A stretch of DNA of 64,000 bases from Octopus sinensis (lineage: Eukaryota): positions 75,392,001 through 75,456,000 of the forward strand of contig NC_043003.1 of NCBI RefSeq assembly GCF_006345805.1, given 5' to 3'. A program made the translations under genes and the position numbers. Positions 25,488-38,630 of this stretch are shown here, piece by piece; the stretch's first letter is position 1; every line of letters begins with the position of its first letter. Below the pieces are notes generated by a model, which saw only the letters and a list, made by a program, of their open reading frames with translations, did no database searches and was not told the DNA's origin.

Positions 25488-26132
25488 GCCTGAGATGCTC
25501 GTAGAGCGACAAAACTGTTCTTTATGCTCTCATTCAGTGTTCGAGCATTGTTGACCTACGGGTTTACGTCGAACACATGCAGTTGGGGGTAGAATGGATT
25601 CGGCTATTGGCAGGGCGAGTTTGTGACAATTGCCCTGCCTCTTTACTTTAGCCGGCAGTGCTTTTTACTCTGGTGCGTTAACAAGATATGTTTTGTGATG
25701 GACTGTGCTGAAAGGGCTGAAGATACACAGTTTTCTTTTTAACCAAGCCTTTAATCTGCTTATTTTTTTCAAGTTCTACTTGAAAAGAAAAATGCGAGTA
25801 GTGAGGGATGTACTGTCTTCGAGCAATTCTGGTAATAGGTTGATCAATTTAGCGCCAATGGTACGAGTGAACGGGTCGATTCTAAGCATGCACATCTAGC
25901 TCAAGAGTAGATTAAGATAAGATTGCCATAGGTTTTGGGGATGTTTTTAAGAGCAACCCTTGGAAGTCTCCCTCTTTTGGGTATTTGAATTGTTAGAATA
26001 TTTTTTATTGTTACTATTCTGTTTACGCGTTTTAATCTAACTTAATTTGTATGGTACTCTCCTGTACCGCCCACAATATTTCATGTGAACCATCAGTGGT
26101 TAATAAAGAAAAATGTTGTTGTTGCTCTTGTT

Positions 26133-26520
26133 AAGGCGGTGGTCTTTCTATTGCACCGTGAAAATGTTTGCGGCATTTCTTCCCAATTCACATCCTCAGT
26201 TCATATTCTGCCGTGGTCGACAATGCTTTTCATCATTTTAGGATCGATAAAATAAGTACCTCGTTCAACACTGGGTCTTTCTAATCGACTTAGCCCTTAC
26301 CTAGAAATTTTTGGCCGTACGCCAAAATTAGAACCATTGTTATTATTATTATTAAGGCGGTGAGCTGGTGGAAACTTTAGTACGACGGTGAAAATGCTTC
26401 GCAGCATTTTCCCGTCGTTTCGCTCGGAGTTCATATTCTACCGAAGTCGACATTTATGTCCGATGAAATACCTGTTCTGTACTAAGCTACGTAAATTATG
26501 CCTTCAGTAGAAACAATTGT
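26133..26520 (+). mobile_element. Two decayed family B SINE copies
   Basis: Each starts AAGGCGGTG and aligns to 48339-48569. Confidence 0.65.
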
Positions 26521-26662
26521 TAATAATAATGATGTTTTCTTGAATTAACCATACCGGCTAATCAAAAGTGGCTTCAAAAGGAAGCCAACGCTTTGTATGC
26601 GGGTTTACATTAAAAACGAAAGGAAAGAAAGTGAAAATTCAATGAATTCAGATGACTATATA

Positions 26663-27853
26663 ATTGGGTTATCCCATAAATAATGTGCTTCTTTTTCAAT
26701 TGCATGAATTAAAAGTCGTAGGTGGATGAGATAAACTACCTGCATCAACTTGCTATAAACTCAAGTAGTAATTGTACATTGTCCTTATACTTAGTGCAAA
26801 TTTTGAAGAGGCAGGTCAATTTTAACAGTTATTTTTTCAAAGCTATAATGGAAATGACAAAGGGGCATATTCGGCATATTTGGCTTTATGAGCTGAATAA
26901 AGGCAACAAGGCAACGGAAAGTACGAGGCATATTATAGCAGTATAGTGAGATCGAATAATAAGCGTAAGCTAGTGTCAACAGTGGTTCCAGAAATTCCGA
27001 GCCGCAAACTACAGTCTAGAAGACGAATCTCGTCCTGGAAGATATCTAGAGCTCGCCGAGGACGTCCTTTTGTGAAACTACCCGGGAAGATTGGATTTTA
27101 TCATTTAACCATTCATCGACGCCATCGGAAAAATCGCCAAATTCGGTCACTGGGTTCTTCACGAACTTTCGAAATCGAATAGCGCGCAGAGAGTGAGTGC
27201 GTGCTCTTCTTTGCTGTCACGTGTCTCAAATTGAACTCTTTAAGACCAAATAGTAACTGATGACGAGAAATGAGTTCTCTATAAAATGTGAAGTGTGTCA
27301 GGCAGTGGGTAGGGAAAGGAGAAACGTTGGTACATCAGGCTAAAGAAGGTCTTTATTCACGTAAATTGTTATTATCTGTTTGGTTGTATACGAAAAGTTT
27401 AGTACACATAAAACACTTAAACCCAAATCAAACGAAAAAGAAGAAAAACGACCATCTTTCGTTTCAAGGCGAAAGGTTATCTTCTATCAGAATAATAATG
27501 CTCGACCTCATACAGCGAGGATGACGTTCAAAAAGCTGGAGCAGTTTGAATGGGAGACTTTACCCCACCCACTATATTCGCAGGTTATTGCCCTAAATGA
27601 TTATCATATATTCCGCAGACTTTACAATCATTTGGACAGAAAAATATGAAGTCTTTAGACAAGGTCAGAACAATACTGGAGTAGTATTTTTCGTCACAGA
27701 CTAGTGAAGTGTGGAAGAGGGGCCTTCCAAGTCAACCAGATAGATGGAAGAGCGTTATAGAAAATGAAGGAGAGTATGTTTTAGATTGAACAACTTTGTT
27801 TTTCTTAATTTTGAAAAGAAATATCAATAAACGCACGATTATGGATGACCCAA
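26663..27853 (+). mobile_element. Full-length-sized decayed mariner (DD34D) transposon
   Basis: Terminal inverted repeats TTGGGTTATCCCATAAATAATGTGC and GCACGATTATGGATGACCCAA with TA flanks. Remnants MEMTKGHIRHIWLYELNKG, IVTDDEK, NNARPHTA, HPLYSQVIALNDYHIFR; several stops and frameshifts. Confidence 0.9.
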
Positions 27854-28025
27854 TACATAGTACTCAAACTGATTACTTTAGTAATGCAGTTCTATTGATA
27901 CGTGCGAAACCCCAGTTGAGTTCACACAAAGGAAGACATAGAACCAGGATTAACTTGACAATCCAAGTACAAGTACCCTTCTAAAACTTATTCTCTACTG
28001 TACCAATTTTGACACAGTTACTCAC

Positions 28026-28246
28026 CTTATAAATTTACTGGGAGGTGTCTTATCCCGGTGCACCTTCACTTTCCATTCCAGGTAGAACTTAAAATCAGTT
28101 TCAATAAGAGCTTCAAGGGAGAAGAAATTGTATTTTCTTTCATCTTTACTGCTTCTTCCAGTACACATTCCCCTTCACTATAACCACTGTTCAGTAGAAC
28201 ACTGCTTCTCCTGCCACGCTGATTTCGTCCGATAGCCGCATTCATC
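28026..28246 (-). pseudogene. UPA-like exon of PIDD1-like pseudogene
   Basis: GTTTGTAG acceptor, GTGAGT donor. MNAAIGRNQRGRRSSVLLNSGYSEGECVLEEAVKMKENTI / FFSLEALIETDFKFYLEWKVKVHRDKTPPSKFI(R) with one frameshift. Confidence 0.55.
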
Positions 28247-28338
28247 CTACAAACGACGGAGACATAAGATAATATTCTCTTTTTAAAATTATTCATCTTG
28301 TACTACAATTAAGTAAAAGCAGCGTAATGGCAGAATCG

Positions 28339-28444
28339 CTAAGTTAAGGGTCATAAATACGCCAACATCGGTTGTAAAACGATGATGGGAGGACAAACAC
28401 AGACACACGCACATGCATACATACATACATACATACATACATAC

Positions 28445-28496
<52 letters not shown>

Positions 28497-28656
28497 GACG
28501 GGCGTCTTTCGGTTTCCGTCTGCCAAATCCACTAAAAAAAGGCTTTAGTCGACCTGAGGCTATAGTAGAAGACACCTGCCGAAGATCCCATGCAGTGGGA
28601 CTGAATCCGGAATCATGTGGTTAGGAAGCTTCTTACCACTCAGCTACGCCTGCGCC
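28339..28656 (-). mobile_element. tRNA-derived SINE, family A, 3'-truncated
   Basis: Head GGCGCAGGCGTAGCTGAGTGGTAAGAAGCTT..GGATTCAGTCCCACTGC. Confidence 0.85.
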
Positions 28657-29893
28657 TGAATGTTTACATTCTTTGTGAAAATTCCGACAAGGCCAACTTT
28701 CGTGTTCCTCTATACGGAATCGATAACATAAAGTGCAAATCTAGCACTGGGATTAATTGTATCAAAAAACCAATCTCTCTCAAATCTACACACTTCGTTC
28801 CTAAATTAGAAATCATTATTTTTTTCTTAGTCTGAGAAGTGGCAGATCTGATGGAATTTTGTCCAAAATTCCTAATGGTATTTCTCCCTGCTCTCTAAGT
28901 TTTGTATTGAAATATCACCGAGATCAACTTTGAATTTTATTCTTGGAGCACCGACAAAATAACGATCAGTCAAATACTATAAGTGATCTCATCGACTACA
29001 CATGTGATTAAATTGCTGATCTCTAGGCTAAAATTTTAAATTATTAAAAGAGGTGATGTGATAGAGCCATTAGCAGATCGATCAAAATTAAGGCTGCAGT
29101 ATCTTAAAAATATGTGTTTTAACCTTTCACGAATTCCTCCTACAATATACCTCTCTATACCATTGTTTCTAAGTATTTGATGAAATCCGGCTGCTCAGGA
29201 AAGACATTAAAAGGCGTCCTCAATTTTTTTCTGTTTCTTGTTTTTAGATATTGAACGAAATCCAAGTTGTAAATCATAACATAAGATGAATGAATTTAAA
29301 CAAAAATTGAAATAACTTTAATGTAAAGTATTTACAGATTGCGGTGAAAATATAGTCTAAAACTGCATGAGGGTGAAGAATTAGCTACATAAATATCACA
29401 AAATTTTAGTTATTCATGATTCTAATATTGGATAAACATACAGACATGTGTGCCATTTTTTCTCTGTGCATTATATATTACCCCATACGTATGCATGACT
29501 AAACATTCACGCCACTATGTTGCTTATATTACGAATTCGCCATTAAACACTTGTCAGATTATATCTATTGGTAATTCGATTAATTTTTTGCCATAAGATT
29601 CAGGAGTATTAAATATGGTATAATAATGGCGATATTTTTTCCTATAATTAATGCAGGAATAACTCAACTATATTCTCTCACTAAAAGTTTTGCGGATATA
29701 TTAATTCATTCTGCACCCTGTTTATTGTCTTGCAAAAGAAAAGTAATATATCTAAGCCTATGCCAAAATTATGCTTCGTTTAATGTAAAATATATAGCCA
29801 TCTAATAAAATAAGAACAACAGAAATCTATTTAATGTTTATAACACACCTACTTGAGGACAGAATAAATTTCGTATTTAGAAAATATATTTAC

Positions 29894-30296
29894 ATTATCT
29901 TCAATCGTAGACGCCGTAATGCTTTCACGGTTTGACTAAAACAGAATAATAAATTACTCTTGCTCTTTCCATTAGATGTAAGGTCTATTGAAAACCAATT
30001 ATAACCACCATATATAATTTTGATAACATCAAAATGGTGACTATGATATTCGTCGTTTATTTTATCGCAAAAAGTAAATGTCATTTGGATTATAATCCTT
30101 ATTTCAATAAGAAACGGTGGTGTGTCTACTGTGATGTTAAATTACTGGTTCATGAGTTAACTTTAAATATATCACCCCACTCCTCATATACAATCCTATG
30201 ATTTTAAATTAATTCCTTCTGATGTAAGGAATTCACCATCCGATCTTTTCGTAGATTCTGCTCTGTAATATATTTGGATACTTTCCACACATTTGT
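29894..30296 (-). pseudogene. Second-ZU5-like exon of PIDD1-like pseudogene
   Basis: TATTTCAG acceptor, GTAAAT donor. YYRAESTKRSDGEFLTSEGINLKS*..GDIFKVNS..FNITVDTPP..GYNWFSID..VKALRRLRLKI; ends AT and joins G of the next exon in frame. Confidence 0.5.
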
Positions 30297-30599
30297 CTGA
30301 AATAGACATTATCTTTCTAATATTCTTACGTATAGACAAAAATCAATAAAACTATGCTTAGTAGATTTCTGAAAGTGAACTGAATCTCTTCTATTACATA
30401 TTGACCACATTTCAATTTTATCCATAATATCTAAATTCATGTCATGTGTGGATTTCAATAAACATTTAAATGATGCGGACGTCTATACACCGAGAAACTT
30501 CTAAACTTCTTGATTGCCTTTTTAATTGCTGTCGACATTTCCCGGAAAAAAAGAAAAAGCAGTGTAATCGTAAAACTAATAACATTCGTGACTGCAATA

Positions 30600-30870
30600 T
30601 AGCCAGTAGCACTTTGAATAGAGAATTATATCATATTTATAACATGATGCTCAAGATTACGGCTCTTAAATCCACCCTCTCCACGATACACTTTGATATA
30701 TCAAGTTCATGAAGTGCAATAAAATCAGTTATAATAACAGCGGTTTTAAATCAATCACTGGCGATATTTAAACCCGTTTATTGGAAATGAATATATAGTG
30801 AATTATCTGTCTAGTGTGACAGCCTTGTTAATGCATTTTAAGTCAACATTCTACTATATATTCACATCTC
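30600..30870 (-). pseudogene. First-ZU5-like remnant of PIDD1-like pseudogene
   Basis: ISPVIDLKPLLL near 30733-30767 resembles the ZU5 SP(V/I)xx(L)xP motif; heavily disrupted, boundaries uncertain. Confidence 0.35.
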
Positions 30871-31039
30871 TATTTATTTGTGTGTGTGTGTCCTTAAATT
30901 TATCTCTCTTTCTAAAACATCGGTAGATATCTCGATTTTAGTGTCTCCAATATTTCCTACATATTTCAGTAAATATATTTTGTACCTCTCATTACATTCC
31001 GAGGCATTATACATTTTAATTATATATTTATATTTTTAA

Positions 31040-31730
31040 GTCTGGTGGGTTATTTCAAAGACATCACGGAATAAAAACTTCCTTGTCCAATGTGCTTTCT
31101 ATAAAAATGTTTCCTAAGGGATCAAGTAAGCACATCTCCACAAACTTGTGCTGATGTGTATTCAAGGATGGACACCTCATTCTCAAACATGGAAATAATT
31201 TACATGTAATAGTATATTCTTGATTAATATAACTTACCATTGTAAATATTATAAGAGTTGTGTTCTGTGAGAGTTTGTTTATATGTTGAGTTGAATTTCT
31301 ACCCATTTTTAGAATATTCATTTGTTATTTGCTGATGCCTCATTCTGAAGACTTTGCACACTGAACTTGAAGTATTTCAAATTACTGCACTTCAGTTTCT
31401 TTTAATTATATGCATTGAATTTAAAACAATATAACTTATATGAAGATATTGAAGAAAGACTTACCTCAAAATGCAGTTTATTAAATGCCCTTTACTCAAA
31501 TATGGAGTGAGTTTCATGAAGACGCTAAACAAATTTGTTAGATTTGCATTTGAGAGAGCACACTGATGTGGCAGCCTTGAGTGTGAAAACACAAATAGTT
31601 CAGACAGCAGCCATATCTCTTTAAAAGGCCTTTTATAGAGATATGTCTCATTAGAAAACCATGTTCTACATAACACTGTAAAATCAGAATAGCCAGGGTT
31701 GGAATGCCTTTGACTTTGTATCGTTTTCAT
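31040..31730 (-). pseudogene. LRR-like exons (31465-~31730, 31238-31384, ~31040-31187) of PIDD1-like pseudogene
   Basis: Two GTAAGT donors (31464, 31237) and an 80-bp intron. LSNANLTNL..KLTPYLSKGHLINCIL, ILKMGRNSTQHINKLSQNTTLIIFTM, FENEVSILEYTSAQVC show leucine-rich-repeat spacing; stops present. Confidence 0.45.
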
Positions 31731-33166
31731 TCAAGGTTGATATGGGGTTAAACGATATTAACAGCAACGACGATGACCGAAACATAACGTTAAAGAATCT
31801 GAGTGATTGTCACTCTTGACTAATGAATAAGACGTATGCTAGTCGATATTTCTCTCTTAAAATTCTTGTGCATATAAAGTATGTTGATAATTCGTTGTAA
31901 AACACTACTAACAAATCTTATTGCAAATAATTGTCTTCCAACTGAAGTATCTTTTGTGTTACCTTTTAAGTGGCTTACATCCTATTGTTTCTTAACATTT
32001 TCCCAATAATTGGCAAGCTTTCATACTTTCGCGAGGTCTAGGCTAATGTATTCATTAAAGATGTCAGAGATGTATGAAAGTTAGACAGAAACTTTTGAAG
32101 CCGTGCAAAAACGTGGAATCTGGGGAAGAATTACTATCCGAAATTAGAGTTAAAAGAGCTCAGATATGAAGCTTAATGTGGACAAAAGTTATGGAAGATA
32201 GAAAGAATCAATGAACAGTTAGAAATTTAGAAATGTACTAGATGAAGGATTTTACGAAAATGAGGTGATAGAGATTTATAACGTAAAGGAGAACTGGAAG
32301 TTCTTTCGGACAAGCTATTGAGGGCATGAAAGGCTTTGTAGCAATGGATGAATGACTGTAGCAAACTAGGTGACAGGTCAATCCTGCAATGTGTTTTACG
32401 GTGCAGGACCGCATTGTGAAGTTGTATATAGAAAGAAATATTTATATTTGTGTTGGAGAGAGCTTTGTATGTTTGGATAACGATGCATTTAGTGAATATG
32501 AAAATAAAGAAGTATTCAAGAGCTACTTCAAAATCCTGCTAAATATGGAAAGTGAAAGAGTATTTTTAATGTGGTCCCAAGAAAACAACCATTTATCCTA
32601 GCCGATGGCACTATGATAGATAAGCATTTACATATATATCGTTATGATTAAATATCTGGCGGAATTTGATACAGCCTAATTCCATGGATAAGTAATCTGG
32701 ATATACAGCAAACCATCATACTCTACGAATAGTGTAGTAACGTTATATTCAAATGCTAGAAGATTAAAGTAAATGTCTTAGACATAAGTAAATAGAGAAA
32801 CATCAATCTGCCATATTAGATCATGAAAATTGCAGAAAGGGTTACAGCTTAACTAATCCGGAAGAGAGCTTCGACTTGTTGCCATTTGATTTTATGCAAG
32901 AGAGAAGTACTATTTTTGTCCTAGTACAGTAACCGCAGGAGAAATATTTAGCCAAAGTTAAACTGTCGTACATGACATTTTTCGACGTGGAAAAAAAAAC
33001 CTGTTACACGGTCGTTTCTCACTCATGTTTTATTGCTGCCGGAACTAGTGGTAGATGGATAAATGGTGATTGCAATCTAAGCCACATACTGAGATGAGTA
33101 TAGCAACCAATTAATGTGGTGGTACGAATTCATCAGAGCTCTGTTGTAGGTCTTCTCTTATGTATT

Positions 33167-34890
33167 TGTTGTGGCGGGAGTTACGAGCCCCGCCTGCGAG
33201 AAGCGACTTGCAGAACGACTATAAATGATAGTGGTCTGAGAGAGTGATAGAAATAGAGAGAGTAGACGTTAATCACAAGAAGTAGTTTCGGTAGTTTGTC
33301 GGAATATTGTTTCTTAGTTTGTGTGTAATTCGCGGAGAGTTTGTTGGATTGCTACGTTGTTGTTACCTGCTTCGTTATATGTTTTCTTGTTATACTACAC
33401 GGTTATAGTGTAAAACAGTATAGTCGTACAGTTGGTTGATACAGCAATGCTGACGACGAGGATTCGCAGCTCATGCAGGTCAGATAATAAATATTTGTGA
33501 TGCAAATATTGATAATGGAAGACCAATTAACTTCTATAATTCTATTGCAAAAGCAACACCAACAAAAATAATAATGGTTAACATGTCCGGATACACTATA
33601 AAGTTCGGATTCGCCTAACGCCGTATCGGACTTTTTAATAGTATTCAGTTATAACCCAAAGGATATAACGTTTACACCTACTTTAGAAGTTCCGAAGAAA
33701 TCTTCATGGAGAATTGCAAGTCGTGGATGGACGAGGAAAAAGTAAGACTGTTATTATGATTACGTAAATTAGCTCTCCGTCAGAACATGAAAAATATTGT
33801 AATTTTATACCACCCCAAAAAACTAGTAAATTTTTATCGGAAACAGTTGAATTGCTATCTAAAGATTCAGTGATAAGTATTCCCTATTTAACACTCGATG
33901 GTAGTGTTGAAATCTAGTTAAAACAGAGAATGAAGACTTTTTTCATGTATGCCGGGACCGTGAAATAATGTGCAAAAGGTTTAAACTGAAATAACTAACA
34001 CCTGATTTGTTTAAGTGCCTCATTTTTGTGCAAGGGCTGACGGAAAACAAAGGTGCAGAGAACGTGCAAGAATTCTCACAAAATTTGAAGAAGCAGACTA
34101 CAGTTTAACCCTGCAGACAGTTGCAGAGGAGTGTCAAAAATGATAAACTTGCGACAGCACATTAAAAAATTGAAGTGATGGATTTCTCATAAGTACAGGC
34201 ATGTCGACTGGGAAGGAATAAATAAGAAACTGTCAATACCAAACCCATGCTACAGATGTGAAGGCTCACATTTCAAGATGGGCTGACTTTTCAAAACGCA
34301 GAAATGTTACAGTTGCCAAAAGATAGGATACAAGAGCTCACATTGCAGAGCAAAGTTAAAAAGGTCGAGGATACAAAATTCTAAAGTTTTCCCAACAGAA
34401 AGTAGAAACGACACCAACACGAGTAAATTTATGCATGTAAAAGTAAACGAAGTGAATATTAAATTACAACTAGTTACTGGTAGAGACATTTCGATTCTTG
34501 AGAGCGACTCGTGAAAAGAACTGGAAAACCTAAGTTAGGAAAACCATCGAAAATTGCACGAGGCGTTACTGGTAAGAAGCTATACTTCGTAGGCAAAAAG
34601 TGTAGAGATATTATATTTCGTAATAAAACCAGTAGATCAAAAGCTTTCGTGTTCAAAATGCAAGCAATCTATCGGTTCTGATTGGATGGAGTTTTTTAAC
34701 TTATGGGACTTCGCCATAAGTCAGTGCTGTAAAAAAACTAAATGGCTCTCCCATCTGTAAATGTAAATCATCAGTTGAATTGAAGAAAAACATTTAAAAA
34801 CTTGTTCACTGAAGTGCTGTCGGATAAATTATGTCTCTGTAATAAGACTGAGGCGTGTTTCCAAATAAATGTTAATGTCGTACCTTTGAC
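33167..34890 (+). mobile_element. Decayed Ty3/gypsy LTR retrotransposon (5' LTR, gag, protease remnant)
   Basis: TG..CA segment 33167-33446 with TATAAA, then PBS-like TGACGACGAGG. DLFKCLIFVQGL; zinc knuckles CYRCEGSH and CYSCQKIGYKSSHC; protease-like LQLVTGRD. Confidence 0.75.
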
Positions 34891-34899
34891 ATTTGCTGG

Positions 34900-35430
34900 T
34901 TAGGAAGTTACTTCAAGCAAGGGAGAGGCAACGCCTCCCATGAGTTGTTTTGTGTTCTCTCTGATGATTCTCCTCAATGACTGGAATTACGAGCTTTAGT
35001 ATTCAGAGACATTCATTGCACGCAAGGTCTTCTCATCCCAGTTGTCTTGGGATATACCTGACTACTTCATATGTCTCTTGAGCACATCTCTCTATAACAA
35101 CCTCTGGCCACCACATCGCTTTAGCATAGAAAACTGCCTTTCGGGGCCTGTCACATTGCATCCTGAAAATATGTCCCGCTCAGCGCAGCTGCAATGATGT
35201 AATGAGGACCTCCACATTAGGTGCGCTAGCGCGCCGATGCCACCATCTCATAGGCAAGATGGAGAGCAGAGGACGATGTTGGGCACGCACAAGTGCTTTG
35301 ATGTGTCTGAGTAGAGGGCCTTGAATTTCGCTACGTGGAGAAAGCAAGGAATCACTGCGGGTCTATATGCCACTTTTTGTGTGTTGCAGGCAATGTCACG
35401 GCTCTTCCAAAGACGCTTCTTGAGAGAGCC
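34900..35430 (-). mobile_element. RTE-clade LINE remnant
   Basis: LQLR*AGHIFRMQCDRPRKAV..GGQRLL*RDVLKRHMK; homologous to 5400-5700. Confidence 0.75.
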
Positions 35431-35597
35431 ATACGACTTTTCGATAGACTATAATACCTACTTGTATTCCATGATGTATCAAATGTATATGTTGATGCGC
35501 TATGATGCGAGGGAAATATTTACACTGAAATCCACATGGACTTCTAAATACTGAGTATATTTTTCCTTTCAGCGTGGTAACTTTGAATCACACTGCG

Positions 35598-35759
35598 TAC
35601 AAACACACACACACACACACATACACACACACACATACACACGCACAAACATGCACACACACATACACACACACACACACACCACACACACACACACATA
35701 CACACACACACATACACACGCACAAACATGCACACACACATACACACACACACACACAC

Positions 35760-35800
<41 letters not shown>
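35598..35800. repeat. (CA)n microsatellite with an internal ~78-bp higher-order duplication
   Basis: The interruption pattern ACGCACAAACATGCAC..ACCAC occurs twice. Confidence 0.9.
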
Positions 35801-35840
35801 TACACATCCTTTATTTTCTCCCATTGTTTCTCTCTGTGTT

Positions 35841-35878
35841 TCTTTCTGTGGAAGAGCGTAGGCTCGAAACTTTAAAGA
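35841..35878 (+). ncRNA. Decayed or variant minimal hammerhead motif
   Basis: TCTTT-CTGTGGA-A-GAGC(GTAG)GCTC-GAAA-CT-TT-AAAGA; U at core position 6. Confidence 0.6.
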
Positions 35879-35970
35879 CTTTTTCACTTCCCGAGCGTTT
35901 TACTAATACGCCTGTTTGTTGTCTACACCAACTGTCTTCATCTTTTTTTGTGTGAATTCCATCCCAGCTC

Positions 35971-36025
<55 letters not shown>

Positions 36026-37137
36026 CTTTAATATATACATTTACATGTTAGTTTAACCTGCACATAAATCAGTGTAATGAAGTAATGCGCTTTTTGACTA
36101 TTTATTTCGTTTGGATTTTATCAAAGGAGTAAAAAGAACACTTTGAAAACCATAGAAAATATCCTAGCATAAAATAGCCACCTACGTATACAAATGAATT
36201 CTCATTTATAATTTTGTTGCAAAAGCTTTATTTCCACATGTGAGATTGTGTGCAAAAGAATATGATCTTTCTTTTAATAGAAATTTTACATTAACTAAAT
36301 TCCATGTTGTATTTTATTAATATCAGTTTTGTTATATATCTTCATTTAGCTAATCTTTTAAATGGAAGCATAACTCAAATTTATTTATTTAGGACTACAT
36401 TTATTAAATCCTGTGGGATCTTTGCCTGAATTTATGTTCGCAATTTACTTCTTTCTTGAAGTATAAGTATCGCATAGAACATTGTTGAAAATTCAATAAC
36501 TATTATCTGCCAAAATGCATTTTCATTCAGCATGTGACACTTCTATCGTTCTAAGCTGTAGTTTTTGAATTTCAATTTGAATAGCTGTTAATGATTTATT
36601 TACTTATTGTGGATTTATTTTAGATAAAATTATAAACTTTGCTCGTATTTCTTTTTAATGTATGCATTGAATCCGGAATTAATGAAGGATATTTTAAAAA
36701 TTTTGTTAGTTTATATATTATTTTGAAAAATACAATTAATACGTCAAATATTTAAAATTGATATAGGCACTTATATGGATTATGGACATTACTAAGGTAT
36801 GCGTTTTATAATTCTTATCCATTCTCCTGCAAAATAGGTTCTACTTTGTAGTAGAGTTTGTTCGTCGTAGATGTTTCGAGTTTACATTTCATTAGATAAT
36901 AATCGTGACTTTGATTTACTTGGTGAGGTTGCAAACTAAACGATTGCATTAGGTAAAAAATGTTTCCGAAATAATTTAAAAAAGCATTTTGGAGTAAAAT
37001 GTGAGAGTGTCAATAATTCATAGAGTACTTTCCCCATAAACTGATGCCTCTACAATGAACTATGAATGGAAACGGAACAGATGATTGTTTGGTATACAGG
37101 TGTATGTGTGTGCATGCGTATGTATGTATTTATATAT

Positions 37138-37169
<32 letters not shown>

Positions 37170-37339
37170 ATATATATACAAAAATACGTACACACGCATG
37201 CACACAAAATGTGACCGCGTGTGTACCGTTGGCGATTTTTTCCCTCCGTCTTCCCTTCTTTCGATCTTTCCTTTTCCTATGTTTCTGACGAAGAGCTCTC
37301 TTTAATACAAGATATCTTTGAAAAAGATATTGAAAAGTG

Positions 37340-38630
37340 GTCTAACTGTGATGAGATCCTGGTTAGTTTACTCAAAGTGCAATCTCTTTTCTAAATACCA
37401 GATATCACTTCACAAGGGGGGGGGCTTCTGATTGGTTGAATATAATCAGAACTCTAGAAAATCATGAAGACAGCATGGGAAATAACAGGGAGATGTTGAT
37501 CTGGCTAACACGAAGGACAAATAAAACCATTGTGGATCACCAATTTGTGGAAGCGTTGAGGAAAAACATGCAATACTATTTTGAAGTACTAAAAAGAGTT
37601 GTAGCAGTTATAAAGTTTTTAAGTGAAAGAGGTTTAGTATTTAGAGGTCATGAGGACAAGTGGGGCTCCCCAGATAATAGAAATTTCATGGGGGCCATTC
37701 AGCCTATTGCGGAGTCTGACCAATGTTTACATGAACATTTAGAGAGAATGAAAAAGTAAATATTACTTACCTCTCCAAGTCTGTGAATTAAGAATTAATA
37801 GAAATCATGGGAAAACACATGAAAGATGAAGTGATGAATCAGTTCCACAACCTAGACATCAAATACTACTCAATTATTGTTGCCGCTACACCTGAAATGA
37901 CACATGTTGACCCGCTGGTAATTGTGGTTCGATACTGTTATAGTGGAAAATCGTGTGAGATATTTTTAGCATTTTGCCAATAGAAAAACCTTCATCCATG
38001 AACTTGTTCAGCAAAATAACAATGTCCGTGGTCAGTCGTGCGATGATGCTTCCAACATGAAGCACTCTGAGAAAGGGCTGCAAGCACTTCTTTAAAATAT
38101 TAACACGTATGCAGACTATGTACTATGTGCAAGCCATTCACTCAACATTGTTTGGTAAAAAGCAGTGTCTTCTGTACCTGCAGTTGTTGACTATTTTGGC
38201 ATATTGCAGCAGCTGTATGTTTTCTTGAATCTCCTCGAAGATGGGAGATTTTGAACACACAGTGAACCTTTTCACTAGATGGTCTGCAGACTATGAAACA
38301 GTCCAGGCAATTAAAAATAGATATAGGGATACTTTACAAACTTACAAACTTATGTTTGAAGACTCAGAAGAGGAGTCTGAATGTAAGCGAGATGCAAAGA
38401 ATTTATACCTCAAGTTGGTAATTTTGGAAAGTTCTGTTTTAACAATCGTTTGGGAAGAAGTTATGGAGCGTTTTGACAAAATAAGTAAGAAGCTCCACAC
38501 CTCTGGTTCTGATATATTTGAAGGTTTGAAGGTTCAGATATATTTGTTAAAGAACTACGAGAAAATTCAGCCAACAGGATTGCACACTATGAATCAGTAG
38601 CAGAAGACACGTGTGCTACGCATTAGTGTT
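37340..38630 (+). mobile_element. Decayed hAT transposase (ZMYM1/DUF4371 type)
   Basis: VLKRVVAVIKFLSERGLVFRGHED..NFMG; YYSIIVAATPEMTH; YVLCASHSLNIV; TRWSA; stops and frameshifts. Confidence 0.85.

Noticed and set aside
28160-28185. In-frame TAG TGA that A-to-I editing could convert to Trp-Trp
   Set aside because: The splice phase from the upstream exon selects another frame that is open here; a later frameshift explains the exon without editing.
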